DNA from: a virus
Lineage: Duplodnaviria; Caudoviricetes
Reading direction: 5' to 3' (one strand)
Length of the DNA: 64,000 nucleotides
Virus record (IMG/VR): IMGVR_UViG_3300042465_005116
Location: 128,001-192,000 of that record
Positions within the stretch are counted from its first letter, which is position 1. Each line of letters begins with the position of its first letter. The notes beneath the pieces are model-generated. The model had not been told where the DNA came from, did no database searches, and saw only the letters and a program-made list of their open reading frames with translations. The translations under genes and the position numbers were made by a program. Below, piece by piece: positions 35,048 through 44,895 of the stretch.

Positions 35048-35479
35048 TTAGTTAGAGTTTCGGTAATTAGAACGATATCTCTTATTGACTCTATGTCCCA
35101 CCTTATTAAAGATTTCATAAGACCTCATACCAGATGATGTATTCATATAGAACCAACTCCAATCCGCATCAGAATAGAATCTATCCCAATTAGGACCTTT
35201 CTCTAACATTCGTTCAGTAGGGTTATAGGTAAGAACACCAATCTCTTTAAGACTCTTATATACACAAGAGTAATAACCAGGAGAACTCTCACCCATCTCG
35301 TAGATTACATTCGTCCACTTCGGTTTAGATAGATACTCCATCACATTCTTTAGTGGGTGATAGATTCGGAGTAAGTATCTTTTATTTACTTCACTCCAAT
35401 GGGTACTCATTAACTTATCTTCGAACAATTCATTCGCGATATCATCAAAGACCAAATTCGTTTTATTTACACTAATCAT
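35048..35479 (-). CDS. hypothetical protein
   Basis: 143-aa ORF. Confidence 0.6.
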   Translation of the reverse strand: MISVNKTNLVFDDIANELFEDKLMSTHWSEVNKRYLLRIYHPLKNVMEYLSKPKWTNVIYEMGESSPGYYSCVYKSLKEIGVLTYNPTERMLEKGPNWDRFYSDADWSWFYMNTSSGMRSYEIFNKVGHRVNKRYRSNYRNSN

Positions 35480-35491
35480 AATATATGGGGT

Positions 35492-35731
35492 TTATTTGTT
35501 TGTAAAAAGTTTATCAATAGTAGAAGGAGAGTAATCAGATAGTGAAAGGAAGTTCACTAGGTTACATACACTATCATAACTCAACCTCGTCCAATTGACT
35601 TCGGTTCTTAACTCATCCAGTACCATACTGATGGTATAAGGAAAAGAAGGTTCAGTACTTAATAGATACTCCAGATGATTTGGATTCAATCGGTAGTAAA
35701 GGGAATTAGGGTTGTATTTCATATCTCTCAT
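35492..35731 (-). CDS. early-region hypothetical protein (MRDM start)
   Basis: Own promoter at 35742-35773. Confidence 0.65.
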   Translation of the reverse strand: MRDMKYNPNSLYYRLNPNHLEYLLSTEPSFPYTISMVLDELRTEVNWTRLSYDSVCNLVNFLSLSDYSPSTIDKLFTNK

Positions 35732-36155
35732 TGTTATAAAGCTAATCTACACATAATATTTCACATTTCCAAATTATTTCCCATTTATTTTACTGACAGG
35801 ATGTCTTCCAGTGCTAAGCGATTGAGTATCAACCGCTTTATTTTCCCAAAATAATACAACCTGGTTAACATAATGCAAATTATATAACAAAAGAATCCCC
35901 ATAAAATACAAATGTGATAACGAATTGACCCTGAATCCCTTATGCAGTCACGAAGGAAACCAAACTGGGTCGTTACAGTCCAACGCACTCCGCCCACCCA
36001 CCCTATAAAGGTACGGAAAAAAATCCACATTTCCAAATAAAAAGGATGACAATGTGTCCGATTTGAGCGATTTGCAATGCGTTCAAGGAATCCCCCATCC
36101 CGTTGCGGATATTGCAATCCGGAGTGAATTGGCACTATGACATAATGTCCGAATC

Positions 36156-36191
36156 ACAAATGTGGATAACTCGTATACAAATGTGAATAAC
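36156..36191. repeat. 15-bp direct repeat pair, each containing a DnaA-box consensus
   Basis: ACAAATGTGGATAAC (36156) and ACAAATGTGAATAAC (36177); TTATNCACA on the minus strand. Confidence 0.6.
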
Positions 36192-36383
36192 GTGTGTAAA
36201 AATAAGCGATAGAAAATTTTTTTATGTGCAAACAAAGGTGTAGTGGCTATGAGTATATATGGATATAGTGTCATAGGGTGGGAGGTTGTGGGAAAATGTG
36301 TCATAAATTATTGTTCCACGCCCTTCATTGTGCAACTACTTAACTAAGAAGCCCCATCCACAATAGTGATAAGACCCGCTTAG

Positions 36384-36468
36384 GAGGATATCGAGGGGTT
36401 AACTCCAATGGGGTGGTATAATTTCACCGCATGGGCATAGAATCCCCTTAAAACCCCTCGATATCCTC
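36384..36468. repeat. perfect 17-bp inverted repeat with 51-nt spacer
   Basis: GAGGATATCGAGGGGTT ... AACCCCTCGATATCCTC. Confidence 0.85.
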
Positions 36469-36808
36469 ACCTCTCAGCACTCTCGAGTACCCCCAGCAGT
36501 GTGAGCTAAATACCATGAGTGAAGGGTGTGTACTCTTTCTTTTATACTATGTGGACTCCCTACGCTATCCTTATTGTGTGTACTGGGTGTCCTATCGTAT
36601 GGACATAAAAAAAGGATATCCTCATTTCATCTGAGTGTATCCTTATCCTTGTCCCATTGATGTGTATCCCCTACTTAGTTACTACTATGTGAGTCATTAT
36701 CCTCTTTAGTGTTACGCAATTCCTTATTTATTTGACCTCTCCCAACACGTCGGACATTCCCCTACGATTTGAATGAGTGTCCCACATATCGTACATAGTT
36801 CGTTTTGT

Positions 36809-37003
36809 TTACCCATGTGTATTCCTATTCCTTTTACGTGTCGTTAATTCCTTCGCATCCCTTCCCATCGCGGAGTACATAAATCTTACCCATGCAAGGG
36901 GATATCGAAGGAGGTATTGGATTCGAGGCGTTCCTCTCATAAATTGATTACTCCTCTCTACGAACCATAAGTGATTCTCTACAAATTTTACTAGCCATTT
37001 CAT
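36809..37003 (-). CDS. hypothetical protein
   Basis: 64-aa ORF. Confidence 0.45.
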   Translation of the reverse strand: MKWLVKFVENHLWFVERSNQFMRGTPRIQYLLRYPLAWVRFMYSAMGRDAKELTTRKRNRNTHG

Positions 37004-37246
37004 AACCTTATTATTTATTTTGTTCTTTTAGATTTATGATTAGGTGGTTTATTAACTCATCCCAACTTTCCGCTTTATCCATTACTATTCTATTGTATTC
37101 ACTTAGTACCTTATGGAGTTGCTCCTCACTTAATAGGATACCATGTTGTACTCCTATTTCTTTAATATCGTTTATACTTACATTCATATTACTATCAAAA
37201 AAATCCTAGTTGACGACTCCGGCCGAACGAATTGACCAAATCGATG

Positions 37247-37360
37247 TTACGGATTGAGTGGGGTTAAAAACATTAGTAGTAAAGATATTATCAATACTAC
37301 CACTACTGCCCTCATTGCATATTCCCCATCCCTCTTATATTCTTTTTTATTCTTTATCAT
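37247..37360 (-). CDS. 37-aa single-helix membrane peptide
   Basis: MIKNKKEYKRDGEYAMRAVVVVLIISLLLMFLTPLNP; flanked by an imperfect inverted repeat. Confidence 0.45.
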   Translation of the reverse strand: MIKNKKEYKRDGEYAMRAVVVVLIISLLLMFLTPLNP

Positions 37361-37408
37361 ACCGGTCGGATTCGTTGCGGCCTTCGTATTAGTTAGACCA
37401 ATTGGGGT

Positions 37409-37600
37409 TTAATCTAAATACTCAATTGATTCCGTTACTATGGTTGCAATACAATAAAATAGGATTGCCGGAAATGGTGTGAATATCGATGCGAGAAATA
37501 ATACTCTCCAAATTGCAACATCACTATTAGTGTATCTTGCTAATCCACTACATACTCCCCATATCTTTTTATCCAATTCACTTCTATAATATTTTTTCAT
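37409..37600 (-). CDS. PspC domain protein
   Basis: YYRSELDKKIWGVCSGLARY....VAIWRVLF. Confidence 0.85.
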   Translation of the reverse strand: MKKYYRSELDKKIWGVCSGLARYTNSDVAIWRVLFLASIFTPFPAILFYCIATIVTESIEYLD

Positions 37601-37756
37601 ATTACCATCGTTGTTTTTTGTTAACTCCTATCCATGTATCTTTTTTCTTATCAGTTGCCTCTTTAGTTTTTGGACGGGGTTTTAATTTTATTTTTACAGG
37701 AGTTTCGGTATACTCCCACTTCTCTATATTATTGGGGTCTATTCGTGCCATATGGG

Positions 37757-38068
37757 TTACAATAAAAATTCAGTATCATCACCGGTTGAATAAGGTATAT
37801 ATTGAGAAACAAATTCTTGATGGTTTCTCCATCTTTCTGCATCTTCTCTTAATTGACGAATCTCATCTCTCAACTCTACTGCTTCCGCATGTAATTGTTG
37901 AATCTCTGCTTTTAATCTTTCATTATCTCCTTGTATATTAAGGATTTGCAATTGGTAAACTCTATTGTTACCATCTTCATATACTCCCATGTGTTTGTCT
38001 ATGTTTTGTGTGTAGGTCGTTCCATCACTCAATGGAAAGGTTTTCGTTAAGTAATCCTCACGCTTCAA
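37757..38068 (-). CDS. coiled-coil hypothetical protein
   Basis: Heptad-rich, 103 aa. Confidence 0.55.
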   Translation of the reverse strand: MKREDYLTKTFPLSDGTTYTQNIDKHMGVYEDGNNRVYQLQILNIQGDNERLKAEIQQLHAEAVELRDEIRQLREDAERWRNHQEFVSQYIPYSTGDDTEFLL

Positions 38069-38240
38069 TTTCTTTTTGGATAGTTTCGATTTGATGCTCT
38101 AATTGGTCAATCTCAATATTCAATTTATTCAATTGATATTCTAATAACTCTTTATCTGATTTTTTCAGATGTAACTCATTTTGCAATGGTAGTAGTTGTC
38201 TTTCGAATCTACGTGGGATGGGTTTGGAATTTGTGTTCAT
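38058..38240 (-). CDS. coiled-coil hypothetical protein
   Basis: 60 aa. Confidence 0.5.
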   Translation of the reverse strand: MNTNSKPIPRRFERQLLPLQNELHLKKSDKELLEYQLNKLNIEIDQLEHQIETIQKEIEA

Positions 38241-38249
38241 AACTTATTT

Positions 38250-39056
38250 TTATATTTGTGAATCTATTTTAAATATACGATTTATAATATTTTCTGCCAT
38301 AATTTGATGACCTTCTACTGATGGGTGTAAATCTTGATAACCACCTTCATCCCAGTTACCTTCGTTATGGGTATAACAAAACGCATTATCCCTTATTAAT
38401 AATTTATTGTTAGTTAGTAAGGTGTGAATATTAGTAGAAGTTTGACCATTAATAGTCATAGTTATTATATTATTTTCTATTTTTTCTTCGAATTCCTTTG
38501 AAATGACGGGTATGAATGCATACATCAATAGTAAATGAAAATGTATGTGTGGGTGTTTATCTCTTACCGAACAAAATAAATCTATATAATCCTTTGCGGA
38601 TTGTTCTTCATCAAATGTTTCAATGAATCCATGAATTTGTTCTCTCAATACAGGGTCAGTTTTTGGGTCACCTAATAGGTGAACCATTTCGGTTGGTGTA
38701 TATTGTACTTTATCTTTGGATATAAACCGCAACATTTGTGGTTCAATAATAATATGTTTTATATGATTTATATCCGTTGAATTAGTATCTAATAATTTAG
38801 ATAATATATCCGTTGAATTATACATCCAATCTTTATGGGTATCATTACCAACAATTTCATTATAACCCAATTCGTTACAAACTAATTTAGACCAACGGAA
38901 CTTTCGTATATTATTAAAATCTTCGTTACACCATTGATGTGGCAATACTACTCCATTTTGCTTTAACCAATCAGAATCATTAAATCTTTTGGATAACTCC
39001 AATTCTAATCCAATACCTTGTGTAAACGAACTCCCACTAAATAATATTGATTGCAT
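38250..39056 (-). CDS. SGNH/GDSL-like hydrolase or acyltransferase
   Basis: SGSSFTQG ... DLHPSVEGH. Confidence 0.65.
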   Translation of the reverse strand: MQSILFSGSSFTQGIGLELELSKRFNDSDWLKQNGVVLPHQWCNEDFNNIRKFRWSKLVCNELGYNEIVGNDTHKDWMYNSTDILSKLLDTNSTDINHIKHIIIEPQMLRFISKDKVQYTPTEMVHLLGDPKTDPVLREQIHGFIETFDEEQSAKDYIDLFCSVRDKHPHIHFHLLLMYAFIPVISKEFEEKIENNIITMTINGQTSTNIHTLLTNNKLLIRDNAFCYTHNEGNWDEGGYQDLHPSVEGHQIMAENIINRIFKIDSQI

Positions 39057-39119
39057 TATTTTGATTCTAGTGTGTTTATATATAAATTGAGTTTTTCACA
39101 CAATTTAGGAAATAAATTT

Positions 39120-40109
39120 TTATTCACTAATATTATCCAAAGTTTGTATAATATCTTTATTAATAGTTTTTTCATAATTTATATTTTTTTTATTTAGAAT
39201 ATTAAATATTAGTTTTTCATACAAAAAAATACTGGATGTTTCAAAGTATCGTTCAATCGAATTTGAAAAGAAATAAAATCGTTTATTGGATACACGTTTA
39301 AGCATATTAGTATGGTCTATGTCGGCATTCTTTACATTCCATTGATTTGAATTATGAAATAAATTGTATCTATTAGTATACTCTTCAATACCCAACTCAT
39401 CTATAAATATTGCAGGATGTGAATCTATATCATTTATATCAATTACTTTAATAGTTTCCCAATTTTTAAATTGATGTAATAATAAATATGCTAAATGAAA
39501 TACTGGTTGAGTATGTAAATCTGATAATATTACGTCATCTATTCTTGATTTTAAAAATAAATCGTTTAAAAAATACTCATTAAACCTTTCCCATTCTTTA
39601 GACCACTCATCATTAAAATTTATAGATGAGGTTACTGAGTCGGTTGGGTTTGTTAATAACTTATAATCTATTGGATAGTTAGTTAAATCAAAACTAAATT
39701 CACTATGATATTGCACATTATTTAATGTGTTATTAATATATGCTGTTTGAATTTCCACAAAAAACTCAGCCAATTTATGAATCATACCAGAACGAAACCT
39801 ATCTTTTGGGTTTCGTATTACAATCACCGATACCTTATTAAAAATATTAATGATATCATCTTGTGTATATTGATTGGTGATTACATTATGATTAAAATCT
39901 TCAATTGTTATATTACCTATAAATCCATTTGGTAACTCACATATTAGCATATCCTTTTCAAGTTCATGTTCCGGATTATACTCGTAAAAAGATAATCTCA
40001 AATACCCACTTTCAGAATTTGAAAAATTATTTAAATAGATACTACCAACCTTAGTAGCGGTAATCCAATATGAATTACCCATAGGTATTAAATTTATATG
40101 TATAGACAT
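39120..40109 (-). CDS. sulfotransferase-like protein
   Basis: TKVGS, VIRNPKDRFRSG, DLHTQP. Confidence 0.6.
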   Translation of the reverse strand: MSIHINLIPMGNSYWITATKVGSIYLNNFSNSESGYLRLSFYEYNPEHELEKDMLICELPNGFIGNITIEDFNHNVITNQYTQDDIINIFNKVSVIVIRNPKDRFRSGMIHKLAEFFVEIQTAYINNTLNNVQYHSEFSFDLTNYPIDYKLLTNPTDSVTSSINFNDEWSKEWERFNEYFLNDLFLKSRIDDVILSDLHTQPVFHLAYLLLHQFKNWETIKVIDINDIDSHPAIFIDELGIEEYTNRYNLFHNSNQWNVKNADIDHTNMLKRVSNKRFYFFSNSIERYFETSSIFLYEKLIFNILNKKNINYEKTINKDIIQTLDNISE

Positions 40110-40110
40110 T

Positions 40111-41145
40111 CTATTGAGGTGGTTTATTTTTTAGTAACATTAAGTAGGTGACCATTTCCATTGAATATATAGCAGAATCTTTAAAATAATCAGTTAATTC
40201 TTTAAGTTCTATATTTTTAAACATATTATTTGATTCTCTAATAAAATTTACATATTCTTCTTCAGTTCTAGTTACAACACCATAATCTGAAATGATATCG
40301 TTACCCAATAATGAACGTTTGGCTTTATGTTTTGCAGGTGTCTTTGAGTACCATTCGCGTAATCTTAGTTTAGTCTTTTCAAACTCAGCTTTACCTAATT
40401 CTAATTCAAATAAATCATTTCTAGAATCTAAATCGTTTATATCTATTATTTCTAAATTAGATAAAATATTAAATTCAGTAAACAACATGTGTGATTTATA
40501 TAGATATGGCTGAGTATGTATATCACCTGTGAAACTTCTATTTACTACGTTGTATTTTAATATATCGGTAAATAATTCATAACAAAAATCTTTCCATATA
40601 CTAAACCATTTAATAGTGATTGTATCATTTTCATTTATACGTTCTGTATTAATTAATTTATAATTTTCAAATAAAAAAGTATAGTCTATTGGATAGGTTG
40701 AGTGAGATGCTATACCAGGACACAATTCACATTTAGTCCAATCTAAGGTAGACGGGGTATTGTAAGCGGTATATAATTCTTCAAAAAATTGTTTTGTTTT
40801 TTGAATTAATCCGGTAATGAATCTATCAAATGGATTTCGAATAACCCAAACTGAGCATCGATTCATTATAAATTTTAATTCATCTTTTGTAAGTTTTATT
40901 TCGTTATGATTAGAATCTTTAATAGTTACTAAAAATTTAACTCCTGATAATTCTATATTATTTTTATCCTCTAATGAATTCTCACTTGTTGGGGTTATTT
41001 TTATATATTTTATAGTATCTGTATCACTTACATATTGTGATAGATATCTACTTCCAACTTTGGCGTTTGTTATCCAGTATCGACTCCCCATAGGAATTAG
41101 GGTGTAATCAAACTCTATATTATAACCCGATAAATCTATTGACAT
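40111..41145 (-). CDS. sulfotransferase-like protein
   Basis: AKVGSRYL, VIRNPFDRFITG, DIHTQP. Confidence 0.6.
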   Translation of the reverse strand: MSIDLSGYNIEFDYTLIPMGSRYWITNAKVGSRYLSQYVSDTDTIKYIKITPTSENSLEDKNNIELSGVKFLVTIKDSNHNEIKLTKDELKFIMNRCSVWVIRNPFDRFITGLIQKTKQFFEELYTAYNTPSTLDWTKCELCPGIASHSTYPIDYTFLFENYKLINTERINENDTITIKWFSIWKDFCYELFTDILKYNVVNRSFTGDIHTQPYLYKSHMLFTEFNILSNLEIIDINDLDSRNDLFELELGKAEFEKTKLRLREWYSKTPAKHKAKRSLLGNDIISDYGVVTRTEEEYVNFIRESNNMFKNIELKELTDYFKDSAIYSMEMVTYLMLLKNKPPQ

Positions 41146-41147
41146 TT

Positions 41148-41471
41148 TTAATTTAGTTTTGGTAGTTCTAATACAAGTCCATTTAATTTATCAGTCAAAT
41201 GTAATTGACATGACAATCTTGATTTTGCCGTTCTTAAATCACCAACATCATCTAACATCATATCTTCAATCGTACCCATTTTTACTAACTCATTATCAGA
41301 GTTTATATAAACATGACAAGTAGAACACATTCCAAGTCCTGAACAAGTTCCTTCTATTCCAAACTCATTGGCTCTTAGGAATTCCATCAAATTCATACTC
41401 ATGTTTGTTGGAGCTTCTAATGTGTGTAAATTATTTACTCTGTCTATAATATTAATTGTTATACTACTCAT
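41148..41471 (-). CDS. 2Fe-2S ferredoxin (adrenodoxin-type)
   Basis: CSGLGMCSTCHVY ... SRLSCQ. Confidence 0.9.
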   Translation of the reverse strand: MSSITINIIDRVNNLHTLEAPTNMSMNLMEFLRANEFGIEGTCSGLGMCSTCHVYINSDNELVKMGTIEDMMLDDVGDLRTAKSRLSCQLHLTDKLNGLVLELPKLN

Positions 41472-42453
41472 TTATATTATGTAATAAGTTATAAAATGTT
41501 TGAATTTCTAATGTGTATAATTTGTAGTTAGCCAACCAATCGTATATTGGTTGCCAGTTTATATCTTTAAATACAATATTTGATTCTTGATAATACGGAT
41601 TTCCAAAAAAATGATTTAGATTCTCTCTAACGTGTATATCACTTATACTAGATAAAATTAAATCTTTAGATTCATTTAATTTATTTATATCTATTATTTT
41701 CATATTTTTAAATACATCAATATCCATTAAAAATTGGTATTGCAAATATAAAAATGTTTGAGTATGGTTATTCGTTTCGATTAAATAAGAAAGGTCATTT
41801 GGATGAATAGAATCAAATGTTAATTTACAAAATTTTTGCCATTCTAACTTCCATTCTGCCGTTATTTTATTTGGGTATCTATTAATCGTATCCAAATTTA
41901 TCTTAGTATTATTTATGATATCGTCTGAAAATGGATTATAAAATATATTCCAATTGATGTCAAATAGATGTTCATTTAAATTACCAGTTAATAATTTACA
42001 CTCTTCGATAGATTTATTTTGTTTGTATAGTTTTATACTTTCAAAAAACCATTCTACTAACATTTGAGATACACCTGATTTTAAACGTTCTAATGGATTG
42101 CGTATCAATCCAAAATTTGTTTTACCTAAAATATCAATTAATTCATCTTTAGTAACTGGTTTATTCCATTCATTAACAGCAAGTATTTGCCAGTTAAAAT
42201 AATTACCCTTTATAATGATAGAATCTGAATTGGGTTTGAAATCCACAACATCAAATTTATTTTCTATACGAAAATTATCATATTGATAAAAAACCGGCGT
42301 TATACTGAGTGCAGTATATTGTGAGTTACCATTTAATTGACTAAAATTTGTTAAAAACCTAGAACCAACTTTGGGATTTGTTATCCAATAATCAGTACCG
42401 ATTTTATAAATCATTGCTGACCAACCTACATTTAGTAATTTACTATTCATCAT
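41464..42453 (-). CDS. sulfotransferase-like protein
   Basis: PKVGSRFL, LIRNPLERLKSG, NHTQ. Confidence 0.6.
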   Translation of the reverse strand: MMNSKLLNVGWSAMIYKIGTDYWITNPKVGSRFLTNFSQLNGNSQYTALSITPVFYQYDNFRIENKFDVVDFKPNSDSIIIKGNYFNWQILAVNEWNKPVTKDELIDILGKTNFGLIRNPLERLKSGVSQMLVEWFFESIKLYKQNKSIEECKLLTGNLNEHLFDINWNIFYNPFSDDIINNTKINLDTINRYPNKITAEWKLEWQKFCKLTFDSIHPNDLSYLIETNNHTQTFLYLQYQFLMDIDVFKNMKIIDINKLNESKDLILSSISDIHVRENLNHFFGNPYYQESNIVFKDINWQPIYDWLANYKLYTLEIQTFYNLLHNINE

Positions 42454-42470
42454 ATATAAATATATACTTT

Positions 42471-43670
42471 TTAAATAATGGTGTTATTAATCCATTTGTC
42501 ATACTCAACTTTTGAAATTGCTAAATTATGTTTTGTTTTATTCTTAGAATTAATATCTTCAGTTACCATATCTTTAATTTTAGTAATGGTTTCATCAGAT
42601 ACTTTAAAGAATTTATTATTAAATAACATCTCGTTTACTAATAAAACATGAACAAATGGATGTGGGTGGTATCCAAACGATGCTATAAATCTTTCTGGAT
42701 TTAACTCCATATCAAATCTTGCATCTTGACAAGCGGATAAGTATCCATACACACCATATTCCTCTAATGCATATTCATCAATACCACCATAACGATATCC
42801 ACCTTTGTTATAAAACCACCAATTGGATAAATCAATTTTATTAAATAATGAATTAAATTGTGGAAATATATTAACCAAATCATCTTTTTCAGATATATCT
42901 AAATTCTTTTTAAATTTGATATTTTGTTTAAGTATTCCATCATTAATTATCATTGGTTTATTTAAATATGATTCATATTTGTGAACTATATTATCATTAT
43001 TACCACTAGCCCATGCACTAAATTGTGATTGCATCATAGCAAAATTATAATCAATTAAATTAGATTTTAAATATCGTTGTAAATTTAATATGTTATCTAA
43101 GTATTTTTTAACACGCACTTCAAATGGAATTCTTAATTCATATTCTAGTCCTATATTAAAATAAAATTCAAAATCAATATCATTTAATTTCGAAATATCA
43201 GTTGGGTCGGTATGTAATGGGTTTATATAAAATAGCCCATCTATTGACATTATATTATGCACATCTTGTAAACACTTAATATTGATTGAATCGTATAATT
43301 GTTGAATTATTTCATTATTATTACCTTTAATATAAAAATGTCTATTTTTATATTTTTCTTTAGCAATATTATTATTTAAAAGTTGATGTGAATATGCAGC
43401 TTGATTAATAGTAATTCTTTCAATTTGAGTCCATTCTACAAAACAATAAATATTCTCAGGCTTAACTCCTAATTTAAAAAGGGTTTCTATTGTGTGTATT
43501 ACACTATCGTAAGCCCAATCAGAACTCTGACTTGCACATCCAACTTCAATAAAAATTAAATTATCTGATGTATCTAATTTAACATCTAAATTTTTAACTT
43601 CTAAACTACTGAGTGTAGTTGCATAACTACAACCACTTGCTACGATATATTTGTAGTTATTTAGATTCAT
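42471..43670 (-). CDS. SGNH-like protein (long form)
   Basis: SGCSY, GCASQSS, VEWTQ, GYHP. Confidence 0.55.
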   Translation of the reverse strand: MNLNNYKYIVASGCSYATTLSSLEVKNLDVKLDTSDNLIFIEVGCASQSSDWAYDSVIHTIETLFKLGVKPENIYCFVEWTQIERITINQAAYSHQLLNNNIAKEKYKNRHFYIKGNNNEIIQQLYDSINIKCLQDVHNIMSIDGLFYINPLHTDPTDISKLNDIDFEFYFNIGLEYELRIPFEVRVKKYLDNILNLQRYLKSNLIDYNFAMMQSQFSAWASGNNDNIVHKYESYLNKPMIINDGILKQNIKFKKNLDISEKDDLVNIFPQFNSLFNKIDLSNWWFYNKGGYRYGGIDEYALEEYGVYGYLSACQDARFDMELNPERFIASFGYHPHPFVHVLLVNEMLFNNKFFKVSDETITKIKDMVTEDINSKNKTKHNLAISKVEYDKWINNTII

Positions 43671-44895
43671 ATTTTATAAAATTATTGATGTACTTAGTAG
43701 AATATGTTAAATTATTTTTACTAATACCATCATAATTAATATCTTCATTTAATTTATCATTTATAAAAGTAATCCATTTTGGATTTATTTTAAAAAAGGG
43801 ATTATTAAAACATATTTTATCATGTAATAAAGTATATAGTAATTCAGTTGGATGCCAATTTGGTCCACCTATAAATTCTTGAGTAGGTAATTGAGTATCA
43901 TTTTTTATTTTTGTATAAGCGTGAATTCCATATGTATCAAACATATATTCATCAATACCACCACGAGAAGAATTATCTGATTCATAGAACCACCAATTAG
44001 TAAAATCAATTAGGTTATATAAGTGTGTTATCTGTGGATATACAATTTCAACAGGTTCTCCTAATTTAATGGTTTCTATATATTGATTATTATATATTAT
44101 TTCATCTTTTCCATTCAAATAATATGGATGATATTTCCGGCCAAGTTTTATTTTTTGTTCATATTCAAACCCATTTGTAACCCATCCAGCAAACTCACAT
44201 TGCATATTACAAAAATTATATTGAATATTTAATGATTTTAAATAAGATTGTAATGATATAATATTACTTAAATATTTTGTTAATAATTCTATATTACTTG
44301 TTTTATGATATCTAGTTTTATGTGTTTCGTACCAAAGTTCCCATTCAGTTGGTAAATTTTTAAAATTGGTAGGTATTAATTGATTGGCAGATAAATATAA
44401 TCTATTTTCAATAACTCCTACGTTTATTAATTCATCAAGTCTTCCAAATTTAAATTGATTTTTTATATAATTAATATTCAATTTAGTATCTTTACTATAT
44501 ACTTTTAAAAAACTATTTACTTTTACATCTGATATTTTTATATAACTATCATGTGGTATGGAATATCTATTATACTGAGTCCACTCCACAAAACAATAAA
44601 TGTTTTCCAATTTAACTCCTAATTGTATTAATTTTTGAATAGCATATTGAGTAGAATGTAAAATCCATTCTGATGTTTGTGATGGTAAACTTACATCAAT
44701 ATTAATAATATTATCATCACTATTTGTTTGAATAATTTTTGGGTTTGTTAAACCATTGTCTAATGCACTTTTTTCTAATTCACCGAATTCACTATGTATT
44801 TTTTCATAATGCGTATGGGTATGTATTGTGTTTTCAATTAAAACACTATAACTACAACCAGATGTAATTATGTATTTGTAATTATTCCAATTCAT
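43657..44895 (-). CDS. SGNH-like protein (long form, paralog of 42471)
   Basis: SGCSY, VEWTQ, GGIDEY, NWHP. Confidence 0.55.
   Translation of the reverse strand: MNWNNYKYIITSGCSYSVLIENTIHTHTHYEKIHSEFGELEKSALDNGLTNPKIIQTNSDDNIINIDVSLPSQTSEWILHSTQYAIQKLIQLGVKLENIYCFVEWTQYNRYSIPHDSYIKISDVKVNSFLKVYSKDTKLNINYIKNQFKFGRLDELINVGVIENRLYLSANQLIPTNFKNLPTEWELWYETHKTRYHKTSNIELLTKYLSNIISLQSYLKSLNIQYNFCNMQCEFAGWVTNGFEYEQKIKLGRKYHPYYLNGKDEIIYNNQYIETIKLGEPVEIVYPQITHLYNLIDFTNWWFYESDNSSRGGIDEYMFDTYGIHAYTKIKNDTQLPTQEFIGGPNWHPTELLYTLLHDKICFNNPFFKINPKWITFINDKLNEDINYDGISKNNLTYSTKYINNFIKYESK

Noticed and set aside
35785-36304. ORFs 35785..36135 and 36083..36304
   Set aside because: Atypical composition, mutual overlap, overlap with repeat elements and no upstream promoter; treated as non-coding.
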